DNA of 64,000 nucleotides from Candidatus Cloacimonadales bacterium (GTDB lineage: Bacteria > Cloacimonadota > Cloacimonadia > Cloacimonadales > JAFGVF01), in the NCBI GenBank assembly GCA_963663475.2, contig CAXXJV010000001.1:224001-288000 (forward strand), written 5' to 3'. How positions within the stretch are numbered: the first letter of the stretch is position 1; the number at the start of each line of letters is the position of its first letter. Shown here piece by piece: positions 21,936 through 32,903 of the stretch. Both the position numbers and the translations under genes were made by a program. Under the pieces are notes generated by a model, which saw only the letters and a list, made by a program, of their open reading frames with translations, ran no database searches and was not told where the DNA came from.

Positions 21936-23693
21936 ATGGAACAAATTATAATATATATCACACTCATTTTTTTATTAATCATGTTTTTATGGAATAAGTT
22001 AAGGTATGACTTTGTTGCATTAATAGGCTTATTCATCATATCAATAAGTGGAGTTATTCCCATAAACAGTGCTTTTTTAGGATTTTCTAATCCGGCAGTA
22101 GTAACTGTTGTTGCTATAATGATAATCAGTAAGGGAATGCAGTATAGTGGTCTCCTTGATATGATAGTTCGCAAGTTAAATTGGTTTGGTACTAAGCCAA
22201 TAAGTTTAATATTTCCTTTATCCATATTCACTACAGTAGCATCAGCTTTTATGAATAATGTTAGCGTCATCATGCCAATTTCTATAAAACTAGCTAAGAA
22301 GAGAAAGCAATCTCCCTCCTTAATATTAATGCCATTAGCTTATGCTACTCTTTTAGGTGGTATGTTAACATTAGTAGGTTCTTCTCCTAATATAATAGTA
22401 TCAGCTATTAGGAAGGAAAGTTTTGGATTTTCATTTCAGTTATTTGATTTCTTTAAGGTTAGTATCTTCCTAGTAATTTTAGGTATTCTATATATTAGTC
22501 TTATTGGTTGGAGATTTATTCCCAAGATTAAAAGTCCGGTTAAACTAGAAGAAACCACCAAGATAGAGGATTATTGCACAGAGCTTTTAGTTCATAAGGA
22601 ATCTAAAATCATTGGCAAGACTTTAAGAGAGATAAGTCAGAGTGATGTTTATGCTATTGATATAATTGGAATAATCAGGAATAAGAAATACCTTCACCAT
22701 ATAAGTTTAAATGAAAGTGTTCAAGTTTATGATATATTAATGATAGAAGCGGATGCTGAAGATATGAAGTCTTTTATTGAAGATAATAATTTAATGTTAA
22801 TGACTGAAGATTTACCTATTATAGACGAATTAAAAGATAAGAAGCTATCTATGGTAGAGATGGTAGTGATGAAAGATTCTCCTATAATTGGAAAAAGCGC
22901 TTATGAACTGAGATTAAGGGAGAAATATGATATAGCCTTATTGGCAAAAACAAGTAGAAAGACAAACTCTATAAAAAGAATATACAGTCAGAGAATCAAT
23001 GCAGGCGATGTACTTCTAATCCAAGGTAACACAAGTAGGTTACCAGAGCAAATTATTAATCTTGGTTGTATGGCTTTAACTGAGCAGAACAATATGTTAG
23101 CCGACAGCAAGAAAATGGTTACTTATGCAAGCCTTTTAGTATTAGGTATTGTAGCAGTAGCCCTGAGACTTGTCCCAGTGCACATAGCTTTTCCCTTACT
23201 AGCCCTCTTATTAGTTATCTTTGATATAATTCCTTACAGAGATGTTTATAAAGCTGTTGACTGGTCTGTTATTGTTATGATTGGTTCTTTGATTCCATTA
23301 GGTAGAGCTATGACAACTTCTGGAGCAGCAGATCATCTAAGTCGTTTACTTACCTCTATCACATCCTTTTCTCAACCTTGGTTTACTGTAGGAATTTTAC
23401 TCTTACTAACTATGTTAATAACTAATCTCCTTCATAATGCAACTGCAGCTATTATCTTAGCCCCTGTGGCTTTAGAATTAGCTAAATCTCAGGCCCTATC
23501 ACCTGATTTATATTTAATGACTGTTGCCATTGGAGCCTCATCTGCCTTTCTGACACCTATAGGCCATCAAGCTAATACATTAGTTATGGGACCAGGTGGT
23601 TATCACTTTAATGATTATTGGAAAGTAGGTCTTGGTTTGATGCTTATTAACCTCTTCCTTGGGGTACCCCTATTACTTTATTTCTGGGGATAA
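21936..23693 (+). CDS. SLC13/CitMHS-family permease with two TrkA-C (RCK_C) domains
   Basis: GFSNPAV, SAFMNN, GGMLTLVGSSPN, AFLTPIGHQANTLVMGPGGY motifs; ATG 21936 with AGGAG RBS preferred over TTG 21918. Confidence 0.9.
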   Translation: MEQIIIYITLIFLLIMFLWNKLRYDFVALIGLFIISISGVIPINSAFLGFSNPAVVTVVAIMIISKGMQYSGLLDMIVRKLNWFGTKPISLIFPLSIFTTVASAFMNNVSVIMPISIKLAKKRKQSPSLILMPLAYATLLGGMLTLVGSSPNIIVSAIRKESFGFSFQLFDFFKVSIFLVILGILYISLIGWRFIPKIKSPVKLEETTKIEDYCTELLVHKESKIIGKTLREISQSDVYAIDIIGIIRNKKYLHHISLNESVQVYDILMIEADAEDMKSFIEDNNLMLMTEDLPIIDELKDKKLSMVEMVVMKDSPIIGKSAYELRLREKYDIALLAKTSRKTNSIKRIYSQRINAGDVLLIQGNTSRLPEQIINLGCMALTEQNNMLADSKKMVTYASLLVLGIVAVALRLVPVHIAFPLLALLLVIFDIIPYRDVYKAVDWSVIVMIGSLIPLGRAMTTSGAADHLSRLLTSITSFSQPWFTVGILLLLTMLITNLLHNATAAIILAPVALELAKSQALSPDLYLMTVAIGASSAFLTPIGHQANTLVMGPGGYHFNDYWKVGLGLMLINLFLGVPLLLYFWG

Positions 23694-23708
23694 GCAATAC
23701 TTGTTAGA

Positions 23709-23851
23709 ATTGAGAGATGGAGAAATAGAGATTGAGAGATTGAGAGATTGAGAGATTGAGAGATTGAGAGATTGAGAGATTGAGAGATGGAGAGATGGAG
23801 AGATTGAGAGATTGAGAGATTGAGAGATAGAGAGATAGAGAGATGGAGAGA
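23709..23851 (+). repeat. Octanucleotide microsatellite (ATTGAGAG)n with variants
   Basis: Tandem attgagag / atggagag / atagagag units directly visible. Confidence 0.9.
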
Positions 23852-24233
23852 CAATTCTTACACTAATTAACGCGAATTAAAACGAATTTCACGAATGTAG
23901 GGGCAAAATATTTTTTGCCCAAAAATTAATTGACCACCGAAAATCCTGAAAGAATGACATAGAAAAAGAATTGAGAATTGAGAGTTGGGAGTTGAGAATT
24001 GAGTTTTTGAATCTACGAAAGGAATAATTCTTGCAATAATCATAATTAAGTTAGAAGATAAACTGCATTTGGGAAGGATAAAATGATAGTTTATCATAAA
24101 TTACTTTACTTAGATAAGTATTTGTAATAATTTGCAATTAACCTAAGTAGTAGTAGAATTTTTTGAGGAATGTACAAATTCTACAGCACTACAAAGTATA
24201 AATAGAATATTCAACAAAAGGGAAGGATAAATA

Positions 24234-27200
24234 ATGAAACGACTTGTTACGACCATAGCTATAATACTATCATTTATAGCCTTAACTGCTGATATTACTT
24301 TAAGTGTAGAGATTGAACAAGCAAGAATGCGAGGGAATTCTTTTACAAAAGATTTACCTCTTAGACAGGAAGCTGGAGCCCCTTTACTTCCTTTCTATCC
24401 TGTAAAAGTTCTGCTACCCCAAGGTGAAGATGTTGAGAATATTGAAATACTTTTCTCTGAAAGTAAAATAGTTAGAGAGAAAATTGAGATTGAACACACA
24501 CAGGAACAGAGACCTATTAGTCTTGAGCAAGTAAGTTTAACTAAAAAAGATGAGGCTATTTATAATAATAATATGAATTATCCATATGAGGATTTTAAGT
24601 ATCTTGGTTTACAGAAACTAAAAGGCTATTCAATTGCTCTGATTAACATTTATCCTTATAAATATAACCCTGTTAGCAAAGTTTTTTCTTACTCTGACCT
24701 AGCTGAAATTAAGATAAAAACAAAAGTAACTAATAAGAAAGCAGATGTTCAAATCTCTGATTTTAGTTTAGTTGAAAAGGCTTTTAATAGACCAATTTTA
24801 AATAGTTCTGCTTCTTCTACCTACTCAGCTATTAACTTCAATCCTTCAAGAAATATAGATTTAACAAGTCCACATGAAATGATAATCATTACTAATAGTA
24901 GTTTAGTTGAAATCTTGCAAGAATATGCTAATTGGAAGAACAGTCAAGGTATATCAGCTATGATAGCAACAACAGAAGATATATATTCAGGATATAATGG
25001 CATAGATAATCCAGCAAAAATTAAAAACTTTATAAGAGAAGCCTATAACACTTGGGCTAACACTTCCAATCCTTTAGAATATGTAATCCTTGCAGGTGAT
25101 GATGAAGTAGTTCCTTACAGAGGTGTTTATGGATCTGTTGGTTCAACTATTGATTATTCAATGCCTTCTGACCTCTATTATGCTTGTTTAGATGGTTCAT
25201 GGGATGATAATAATAACGGTATCTATGCTGATGAATATGAGACTATTGATTTAACTCCTGAGTTATCGGTTGGTAGAATGCCTGCCGAAACTCCTAGCGA
25301 GTTCAACAGAATCTTCCACAAAATCATATCTTATGAATCAGCTAATAATTATGCAGATAATGTAGCCGTAATGTTTGGTGAAAACTTGAACAATGATCCT
25401 CTTACCTGGGGTGGAGATTATAAGGATGAGATTAAGGATAGAATGCCAGATGATTATTTAATTAAGACTAGATATCAGAGAGATGGCAACTATTCTACAC
25501 CTGCAGTTATTGAAGTAATAAATGAGAATGCGACTATTATGAATCATATGGGACATGCTAATGAGAATACTGTATGTGGCTTAAATTCTTCTACAGCTCA
25601 AAACATGTTAACCAATACTCAATACGGTTTCCTCTATACCCAAGGTTGTTATCCTGCTGCCTTTGATAGTGGAACTAGTGGTGGAACTTCTGGTGCTGGT
25701 GAATCTGTAGCAGAGCATTTAGTTATTGCTGAGCATGGACTTCATACTTTCATTGGTAACACTAGATATGGTTGGTATTATCCTGGTTCTACTGATGGAG
25801 CTTCCCAATTCTTTGATAGATCTTTCTTTGATGCTATGTTTATTTATGATATGAAGGGGATTGGTCAAGCTCACTCTTATTCACTTTTAGATAATTTAAA
25901 TGCAGCTTTAGAATCTAGTGTGATGAAGTGGTGTTACATGGAAATTGTTATCTTCGGTGATCCTTCCTTACAGGTTAAAGACTTTAATTCCGACTTAGCC
26001 TTTATTCAACTAGATAATATAAACTATAATGAAATTGAAGGTGATGGTGATGGAAACATTAATCCAGGTGAATCAATAGAACTTGAGATTGAGTTAAGCA
26101 ATCTTCCTGGTTGGGGTACTGCAGACTCCATTGATATAAGTCTGGAAATTGCTGATGACCGTTTTGAGATAATTAATAGTCAAACTACTACTGGTCCTTT
26201 ACCTACAGGTAGTAACCTCTTAGTTACTTCTGATGGACCCTCTTTCTCAGTTCCACAAGAAATCCCATTCTCTAATTTTCAATATACTTTAACAGTAACT
26301 GGCTACAATACTTCAAATGAGGTTATCTTTTCAAAAGCTTTTGATTTAAGCTTTGATATTACTCTCATGGCTAATAACTTCCCTCTTGAATTTTCTATAG
26401 GATCTCGTTCTGCACCAGCATTCATAGACTATAACAATGATGGTGAAAATGAATTAATCTACTTAGATACTTATGGAAATCTTAAACTAATTGACCTTAG
26501 TGGTGAGATAATTCTAGCCCAAGATAGCAATATTGAAGAAAATATATATTCAAGCTATGCTCTAACAACTATAGAAGATGAAAACGTAATTGTGTATGCT
26601 TCTCGTAGCAACGATCTAGTAGCTCAAGAAATTGGTGGAGACTTGCTCTTTAGGTATGATTCAGGAGCCCAGTTTATAACTTCTCCAATTATTGCTGATA
26701 TTAATGGTGATGGTGAAAATGAAGTTATTGCTATTAATTTAGCCAAAGAACTTATTGTTATGGATTTCCAAGGGAACATGTTACCAAACTTCCCTATTGA
26801 ACTTGATGCTTTCATTGTTCACGAAATGGCTTGTGCAGATTTAGATAACGATAATAAAGCTGAAATAATAGTAGCAACTAATAATAATCAACTACATGCA
26901 ATAAATTATCAAGGTAATAATATTCAAAATTATCCAGTTACCCTACCTGCTAATAATGCCACAGCTCCTCTTATTACCAGTGACAGACTTGTTGTAGGAA
27001 GCCATAATCATCTTTATTCATTAGATTACTCAGGTAACATTATCCATGATTTTGAGTTAGATGGCTCTCCAATTATGCCTATAGCAAATGACTTCAACAA
27101 CGATGGCTATATTGATTACGCCTTCGTAACTACTACTAGATATCTTTACCTTGCTTCTGAAAATGGGAATATCATGGATGGTTTCCCTATTAGACTTGAT

Positions 27201-27836
27201 AAAAGTTCTCAAACCCCTCCTTTAGCAACAGATGTTAATAACGATCAGTTCCCTGAAATAATCTGTTTTGATAGTAGTAATAGTATCTACATCTATGATG
27301 GCCAAGGTAACTCTCTTCCTAACTTCCCATTTGCAGCTAATCTTACTACTGCAACACCTGCTACAGTAGGTGATATCTACAATGATGGACAAGTCAGTTT
27401 TGTCCTTGGCTATACTCAAGGTATTGCTATGGCTAACCTAAAACTACCCTTGAACAGTCAAGTCCCTTCTTGGTTAACCTACCGTAATAATTATCACAGA
27501 AGTGGTTTTATGGATACCTCCTTTGCTGTTTCTAGTGATGATAATGATGCTCAAATAGTTAATACTGCCTTGTTAGGAAACTATCCTAACCCATTTAATC
27601 CTGAGACTACTATTTCCTTTGCTCTTGCTAAAAAGGGAAATGTTAAGGTCGATATTTTCAATATTAAAGGTCAGAAAGTGAAAACTCTCTTTAATGGAAA
27701 TTTGGATAAAGGTAAACATAATCTTGTTTGGGATGGAAGTGATAAGAATAACAGAAAAGTAGCATCTGGTATTTATCTTTACAGGTTAAAAACTGCTAGA
27801 AAAGAATTTAATAGTAAGATGATTTTAATGAAATAG
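24234..27836 (+). CDS. Peptidase C25 (gingipain-like) with propeptide, FG-GAP/VCBS repeats and FlgD-Ig/T9SS-like C-terminal domain
   Basis: Signal peptide; SDLYYACLDG, VGRMP, catalytic NHMGHA and TQGCYP; IADINGDGENE repeats; NYPNPFNPETTI...WDG...ASGIYLY. Confidence 0.9.
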   Translation: MKRLVTTIAIILSFIALTADITLSVEIEQARMRGNSFTKDLPLRQEAGAPLLPFYPVKVLLPQGEDVENIEILFSESKIVREKIEIEHTQEQRPISLEQVSLTKKDEAIYNNNMNYPYEDFKYLGLQKLKGYSIALINIYPYKYNPVSKVFSYSDLAEIKIKTKVTNKKADVQISDFSLVEKAFNRPILNSSASSTYSAINFNPSRNIDLTSPHEMIIITNSSLVEILQEYANWKNSQGISAMIATTEDIYSGYNGIDNPAKIKNFIREAYNTWANTSNPLEYVILAGDDEVVPYRGVYGSVGSTIDYSMPSDLYYACLDGSWDDNNNGIYADEYETIDLTPELSVGRMPAETPSEFNRIFHKIISYESANNYADNVAVMFGENLNNDPLTWGGDYKDEIKDRMPDDYLIKTRYQRDGNYSTPAVIEVINENATIMNHMGHANENTVCGLNSSTAQNMLTNTQYGFLYTQGCYPAAFDSGTSGGTSGAGESVAEHLVIAEHGLHTFIGNTRYGWYYPGSTDGASQFFDRSFFDAMFIYDMKGIGQAHSYSLLDNLNAALESSVMKWCYMEIVIFGDPSLQVKDFNSDLAFIQLDNINYNEIEGDGDGNINPGESIELEIELSNLPGWGTADSIDISLEIADDRFEIINSQTTTGPLPTGSNLLVTSDGPSFSVPQEIPFSNFQYTLTVTGYNTSNEVIFSKAFDLSFDITLMANNFPLEFSIGSRSAPAFIDYNNDGENELIYLDTYGNLKLIDLSGEIILAQDSNIEENIYSSYALTTIEDENVIVYASRSNDLVAQEIGGDLLFRYDSGAQFITSPIIADINGDGENEVIAINLAKELIVMDFQGNMLPNFPIELDAFIVHEMACADLDNDNKAEIIVATNNNQLHAINYQGNNIQNYPVTLPANNATAPLITSDRLVVGSHNHLYSLDYSGNIIHDFELDGSPIMPIANDFNNDGYIDYAFVTTTRYLYLASENGNIMDGFPIRLDKSSQTPPLATDVNNDQFPEIICFDSSNSIYIYDGQGNSLPNFPFAANLTTATPATVGDIYNDGQVSFVLGYTQGIAMANLKLPLNSQVPSWLTYRNNYHRSGFMDTSFAVSSDDNDAQIVNTALLGNYPNPFNPETTISFALAKKGNVKVDIFNIKGQKVKTLFNGNLDKGKHNLVWDGSDKNNRKVASGIYLYRLKTARKEFNSKMILMK

Positions 27837-27850
27837 AATCTAAAAACATT

Positions 27851-27881
27851 AAAGAGACGCTTTTAAATGCGTCTCTTTTTT
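27851..27881. terminator. Bidirectional intrinsic terminator
   Basis: aaagagacgc-ttttaaat-gcgtctcttttt between convergent genes. Confidence 0.65.
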
Positions 27882-27910
27882 TATCTCTCAAGTAGAGAGA
27901 GCCATATCTA

Positions 27911-29002
27911 TTAAGCACCACAAGCAGCTAAAGAATACTCACTTTTTAAAGTTTCAATTAAATCATGAACCGAAACAATCTTATCGTTTAAGTAGGCATT
28001 AGCTCCTGCGAAAGCGAAACCATTTTTTAGATGACCAAGTTTAGCATTTAAAAGTGCTGCAGCTATACAGTAAGGAGATTTTTTATAATCACAAGTTTTT
28101 AAACACTTCCATGGGCAGGAGAAAGGAATCTTATTACCAGACTCTACCAATTCTAAGAAGGAATTTTTTAGAGCTCTACCAGGTAAACCCACAGGACTCT
28201 TAATAATAGTAATATCTTCTTTTTTTGCTTGAATATAGCTTTGTTTGAATTCGTCAGAAGCATCACATTCGTTAGTGGTAACAAAACGTGTTCCCATCTG
28301 AACTCCATCTGCACCTAATTTCATAATATCATAGATATCTTTTCCGCTATAGATACCACCACCTGCAATCAGAGGTATATGTTTAGCAAACTTATCACTC
28401 CATGGTTTAATAGCTTCTTTAATTTCTGGGACTAGTCTTTCTAATTGGAAGTTTTCATCCTCTAACTGTTCTAAGCTAAAGCCTAAGTGACCACCAGCTT
28501 TTGGGCCTTCTACAACCACAGCATCTGGAACAGCTGAAAACTTACGAGCCCATGTTTTAAATATTACATTTACTGCTCTTACTGAAGAGACTATTACCGC
28601 AAACTTTGTCTTACTTTCTTGCATGAAGTCTTTATCCATTATTTGAGGCATCTTGAGTGGTAAGCCTGCTCCAAAGAAAAGAATATCAATTTTCTCATCT
28701 AAAGCTGTTGTAACTAGTTCATCAAAATTTGTAAGAGCTACCATAATATTTAGCCCTAGAATACCATCTGTTAAGACTCTTGCTTTTTGGATTTCTTCTT
28801 TCAAAGCTAAAATTTCAGTCTCTTTGTTTATTTTTCCTTTTAAAGCTCCTAGCCCTACAGCAGACAAAACACCTATTCCACCTTCATTAGCCACGGCAGA
28901 GGCAAGTCCAGAAAGAGAGATTCCTACTCCCATTCCACCTTGAATGATCGGTATTTTAGCCAAGAGATTACTAATTTTAAGTTCAGGTAATTTAAATTTC
29001 AT
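27911..29002 (-). CDS. Nitronate monooxygenase / FabK-like FMN oxidoreductase
   Basis: PIIQGGMGVG, EGPKAGGHLG, IAGGGI, GVQMGTRF; start moved to ATG 29002 with GAGG RBS. Confidence 0.85.
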   Translation of the reverse strand: MKFKLPELKISNLLAKIPIIQGGMGVGISLSGLASAVANEGGIGVLSAVGLGALKGKINKETEILALKEEIQKARVLTDGILGLNIMVALTNFDELVTTALDEKIDILFFGAGLPLKMPQIMDKDFMQESKTKFAVIVSSVRAVNVIFKTWARKFSAVPDAVVVEGPKAGGHLGFSLEQLEDENFQLERLVPEIKEAIKPWSDKFAKHIPLIAGGGIYSGKDIYDIMKLGADGVQMGTRFVTTNECDASDEFKQSYIQAKKEDITIIKSPVGLPGRALKNSFLELVESGNKIPFSCPWKCLKTCDYKKSPYCIAAALLNAKLGHLKNGFAFAGANAYLNDKIVSVHDLIETLKSEYSLAACGA

Positions 29003-29214
29003 TTTACATCCTCTATGATTGATAGTATAAACAATCAATTAGTATAATATTAATTAGCAAATATTTATGGATATGTTAATAGTGGGTTATAAGGTTGTAA
29101 ATAAATCTTTCCTATAAAATCCCTATTTATGAATGTCCACATTATATATTTAACATTTTCTTTCAAAGGAGATATTGTGTCAAATAAATTAAAATAAATA
29201 AAATCTTATACACT

Positions 29215-29652
29215 TCACCTTATTCTCTTTTCCTCAAATATTAACAAAGTTTCAGTTTTGCTAATATATTCAAAAGAGGTTAAATTTTCTATTAAAAAAT
29301 GTTGTAGTTCTTTATTATCTTCAACATAAATCTTAAGCATATAATCATATTGCCCAGATATATGATATAGTTCTGTTACTTCTTTTAGACTAGAAATATG
29401 CTTGATAAACTTGTTAATAATCTCTCGGTTATGACGTTCCAAAGCAATCTGAATAATTGCAGTAGTTGTATAACCCATTTTATTATAATTTAGATTAGCA
29501 GAGTAGCCTGTAATTATTCCTCTCTCTTCTAATTTTTTTACCCTCTCTAAAGTAGAAGAAGGATTAAGTCCTATCATTTCAGATAGATTTTTATTGCTTA
29601 TTCTTCCATTGTCTTTTAATATCTCAACTATCTTGCAATCAATACTATCCAT
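29215..29652 (-). CDS. Lrp/AsnC family transcriptional regulator
   Basis: N-terminal HTH (D.ID..I...L..NGR.S...L...IGL..S...ERVKKLE..GII.GY) and RAM domain SGQYDY. Confidence 0.92.
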   Translation of the reverse strand: MDSIDCKIVEILKDNGRISNKNLSEMIGLNPSSTLERVKKLEERGIITGYSANLNYNKMGYTTTAIIQIALERHNREIINKFIKHISSLKEVTELYHISGQYDYMLKIYVEDNKELQHFLIENLTSFEYISKTETLLIFEEKRIR

Positions 29653-29876
29653 CTTGTTATCCTTTAGTACAAGTAATGCAGTAGAGCTTAAACAAAAACC
29701 TTAATAAGTCTTGCTTTATTAAAGATACTAGATCATTATCTTGCTTTAATTATTCTTTAGATTCGCACTATTCTCGAATATAATTTGATAAAGTTGAATT
29801 TTTGTCAAATATTATTTGCTAAAATTTCCCACTTATAATATTTTGGCATCATATAAATATTTTAAAGGAGTCAGAT

Positions 29877-30428
29877 ATGATAGAAATCAGATGGCATGGA
29901 CGTGGAGGTCAAGGTGGCTTTACAGTCTCCAGACTTCTCGGCATGGCTGCTTCCCTTTTTGAGGGTAAGAATGCAATAGCTTTCCCAGCATTTGGACCTG
30001 AAAGAAGAGGAGCACCAGTATTAGCTTTCACTAAAATTGATGATCAGAAGATTGATGATAGAAGTGAAGTTCAATTTTGTGACTATGTAGTAATAATGGA
30101 TGAAACTTTGATAAATGCTTCTCTAACTTCTGGTTTAAAAGCTGAATCAGTAATAATAATTAACACTCAAAACCCAGAGAAATACAGTCAAATATTCCCC
30201 CAAGAAAATAGAATATTCTATATTGATGCTACTCAAATCGCTTTAGAAGTCTTAAAAAGACCAATAACCAACACAAGTATGCTTGGTGCTTTAGTTAAAG
30301 TATCTCAAGTTACAGACTTAGATGCTTGTTATAAAAGTATTGATAAAGAACTAAATCCAGCCATTGCTAATAAAAATAAGCTGGTAATCGAAAGAGCATT
30401 TAATGAAGTTAAGGAGTATCAGAGGTAG
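29877..30428 (+). CDS. porC: Pyruvate/2-oxoacid:ferredoxin oxidoreductase gamma subunit
   Basis: EIRWHGRGGQG, FGPERRGAPV, NTSMLGA. Confidence 0.9.
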   Translation: MIEIRWHGRGGQGGFTVSRLLGMAASLFEGKNAIAFPAFGPERRGAPVLAFTKIDDQKIDDRSEVQFCDYVVIMDETLINASLTSGLKAESVIIINTQNPEKYSQIFPQENRIFYIDATQIALEVLKRPITNTSMLGALVKVSQVTDLDACYKSIDKELNPAIANKNKLVIERAFNEVKEYQR

Positions 30429-30431
30429 ATT

Positions 30432-30770
30432 ATGAAAAAGACTAAAGATATGTTATCCCAAGATGGAACTAGACCAGTTAAACAAGAATTTACTAAAAGA
30501 AAGCATATTTCTGAATATCCTACAGGCCCTGGTTTTACTGCAGGTCATCTAGCCGAAATAAATGCTGGCTGGAGAGTATTTAAACCTTCTATAGATTTAG
30601 AAAAATGTATTGCTTGCTATAAATGTTATATGGTTTGCCCTGACGGAGTTATTTATAAACAAGGTCCAAAGGGTGTGGCTGTTGATTATGATTATTGCAA
30701 AGGGTGTGGCGTTTGTGCCCATGAATGCCCTGTTAAAGCAATTGAAATGATTAAAGATAAGAGAGATTAA
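30432..30770 (+). CDS. porD: Pyruvate/2-oxoacid:ferredoxin oxidoreductase delta subunit (2x[4Fe-4S])
   Basis: GWRVFKP, CIACYKCYMVCP and YCKGCGVCAHECP. Confidence 0.9.
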   Translation: MKKTKDMLSQDGTRPVKQEFTKRKHISEYPTGPGFTAGHLAEINAGWRVFKPSIDLEKCIACYKCYMVCPDGVIYKQGPKGVAVDYDYCKGCGVCAHECPVKAIEMIKDKRD

Positions 30771-30779
30771 GGAGTAAAC

Positions 30780-31985
30780 ATGAAATTAGATAATTCAAAA
30801 CAATTGTTTGTTTCAGGTGATGAAGCAGTTGCTTTAGGTGTTAGATTAGCTCGACCCCATGTTATTTCTGCCTATCCAATTACTCCGCAAACTATAGTAG
30901 TTGAAAGACTTTCAGAAATGGTGGAAGATCAAAGTTTAGATGCTGACTTCATGCACGTGGAATCAGAGCATTCTGCTCTTTCTGCTGCTATGGGGGTTTC
31001 TGCTGTTGGTGCTCGTGCCTTCACGGCAACCTCTTCTCAAGGACTGCTCTACATGGCAGAAGTTCTTTCCTACTGTAGTGGTGGTCGCTATCCAGTAGTA
31101 ATGATGAATGCTAATCGTGCCTTAGCCCTTCCTTGGAGTATTTTTGGAGATCAATCAGATTCCCTACTCCTCCTAGGTTCTGGCTGGATTCAATGCTATG
31201 TGGAAGATGCCCAAGAAGCATTAGACATGATGATTCAAGCTTATAAAATTGCTGAACATCCAAGAGTATTAACTCCTTTTATGGTTAATTTAGATGGTTT
31301 TATCCTTACTCATACTTACGAGCTTGTGGATGTTCCTCACCAATCAGAAGTTGATGAATTCCTACCACCTTTCTCAACTCCTAACAAGATGTCTATAGAA
31401 AATCCAATGAATCTAGGTTTCTCTTCAACTCCTGCTGATAATCTAGAATTTAAGTACCAACAACATAAAGCTATGTTAGATGCCCTTCCAATTATAGAAG
31501 ATGTGGATACAGAGTTTGGCGATAGATTTGGAAGATATTATGGCGGTTTATTAGAAACTTATCAAACTGATGATGCCGACCATATCATGATTACTGTTGG
31601 TACTATTACTGGAACAACTAGAGTAGTAGTAGATAGATTAAGAGACCAAGGTAAGAAAGTTGGATTAATCAAGCTTAGATACCTTAGACCAATGCCTGAA
31701 GAAGCACTTGTTGAGGCTATTGGAGATGCAAAAAGTGTTGGGGTTATTGATAAAGATATTTCTTTTGGACACGAAGGAACTATCTTTACTAATGTTAATT
31801 CTGCCTTATCTAAATCTTCCTTATGTCCTAAAAAACATAACTTTATCTGTGGTATGGGCGGAAGAAATATTTCCAAGAATGATATTATTGAAATGTTTAA
31901 TTTACTAGAAGATTCATGTCAGGGTAAAGATGTTCCTCTAGTTAAATTTATTAACTTAAACACTTGTGTGTCAGAAAAGGAGTAA
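30780..31985 (+). CDS. porA: Pyruvate/2-oxoacid:ferredoxin oxidoreductase alpha subunit
   Basis: AYPITPQT, VESEHSALS, TATSSQGL, DGFILTH. Confidence 0.9.
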   Translation: MKLDNSKQLFVSGDEAVALGVRLARPHVISAYPITPQTIVVERLSEMVEDQSLDADFMHVESEHSALSAAMGVSAVGARAFTATSSQGLLYMAEVLSYCSGGRYPVVMMNANRALALPWSIFGDQSDSLLLLGSGWIQCYVEDAQEALDMMIQAYKIAEHPRVLTPFMVNLDGFILTHTYELVDVPHQSEVDEFLPPFSTPNKMSIENPMNLGFSSTPADNLEFKYQQHKAMLDALPIIEDVDTEFGDRFGRYYGGLLETYQTDDADHIMITVGTITGTTRVVVDRLRDQGKKVGLIKLRYLRPMPEEALVEAIGDAKSVGVIDKDISFGHEGTIFTNVNSALSKSSLCPKKHNFICGMGGRNISKNDIIEMFNLLEDSCQGKDVPLVKFINLNTCVSEKE

Positions 31986-31988
31986 AGA

Positions 31989-32888
31989 ATGCAAAATTTA
32001 GAAAGAATAAATCCCCGTAACATAGATTCTAAAGAATACTTTTATGGCCATAAAGCTTGTGCAGGTTGTGGCTGTGCATTGGCTGTTAGACTAGCCTTAA
32101 AAGTTGTAGGAGATGGAGCATTTTCTATTTTACCAGCAGGATGCATGTCTGCTGTTGGCTTCATTTACCCTCAAATGGCCTTTGTTAATAACTCAATGAT
32201 ATCTACCTTCCCAGGTGCAGCATCTTTAGCTTCAGGTGTGGCTGCTGGTAATAAAGCTCTTAAAAGACAAGGTACCAAAACTCTTGTTTTTGCTGGTGAT
32301 GGAGGAACTGCTGACATAGGTCTGCAAGCCCTTTCAGGTATGATAGATAGAGATGATGATGTTCTTTATATCTGTTATGATAATGAAGCCTATATGAATA
32401 CTGGTATTCAAAAAAGTGGACTGACACCTTTTGGAGCAAAGACTACTACTACTCCTGCCGGAGAAAATATCAGAGGCTCTCAAACTACTAAAAAACAGCT
32501 GTTTGAGATTATTGCTGCCCATAATATTAAATATGCTGCAACCGCTTCTATTGGCTATTATCAAGATTATATAAATAAAGTGCAAAAGGCTGCTTCTATT
32601 AAAGGTGCAACCTTCATCCATGTGGCAGCTTCCTGTCCTACTGGCTGGGGTACTCCTACTGAAACTTCGGTTGAAATAATGAAAGATGCTGTTGATTGTG
32701 GTTTATGGTTCCTAGCTGAATATGAAAACCATAAATTTACTCTTAATAAAGACCCAAAAGAATTTGCTCCAGTAGCTGAATATATTAAAGGTCAAGGTAG
32801 ATTTAAACACCTTACAGATGCTGATATTAAAGATATTGAAGATAGCAGAGACGCTTTCTGGAACAGAGTTAGAAAAGACTGGAAGTAA
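31989..32888 (+). CDS. porB: Pyruvate/2-oxoacid:ferredoxin oxidoreductase beta subunit (TPP-binding)
   Basis: GHKACAGCG, GDGGTADIG, YDNEAYMNTGIQ, CPTGW. Confidence 0.9.
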   Translation: MQNLERINPRNIDSKEYFYGHKACAGCGCALAVRLALKVVGDGAFSILPAGCMSAVGFIYPQMAFVNNSMISTFPGAASLASGVAAGNKALKRQGTKTLVFAGDGGTADIGLQALSGMIDRDDDVLYICYDNEAYMNTGIQKSGLTPFGAKTTTTPAGENIRGSQTTKKQLFEIIAAHNIKYAATASIGYYQDYINKVQKAASIKGATFIHVAASCPTGWGTPTETSVEIMKDAVDCGLWFLAEYENHKFTLNKDPKEFAPVAEYIKGQGRFKHLTDADIKDIEDSRDAFWNRVRKDWK

Positions 32889-32903
32889 AAGATCGTTTAT
32901 AAC

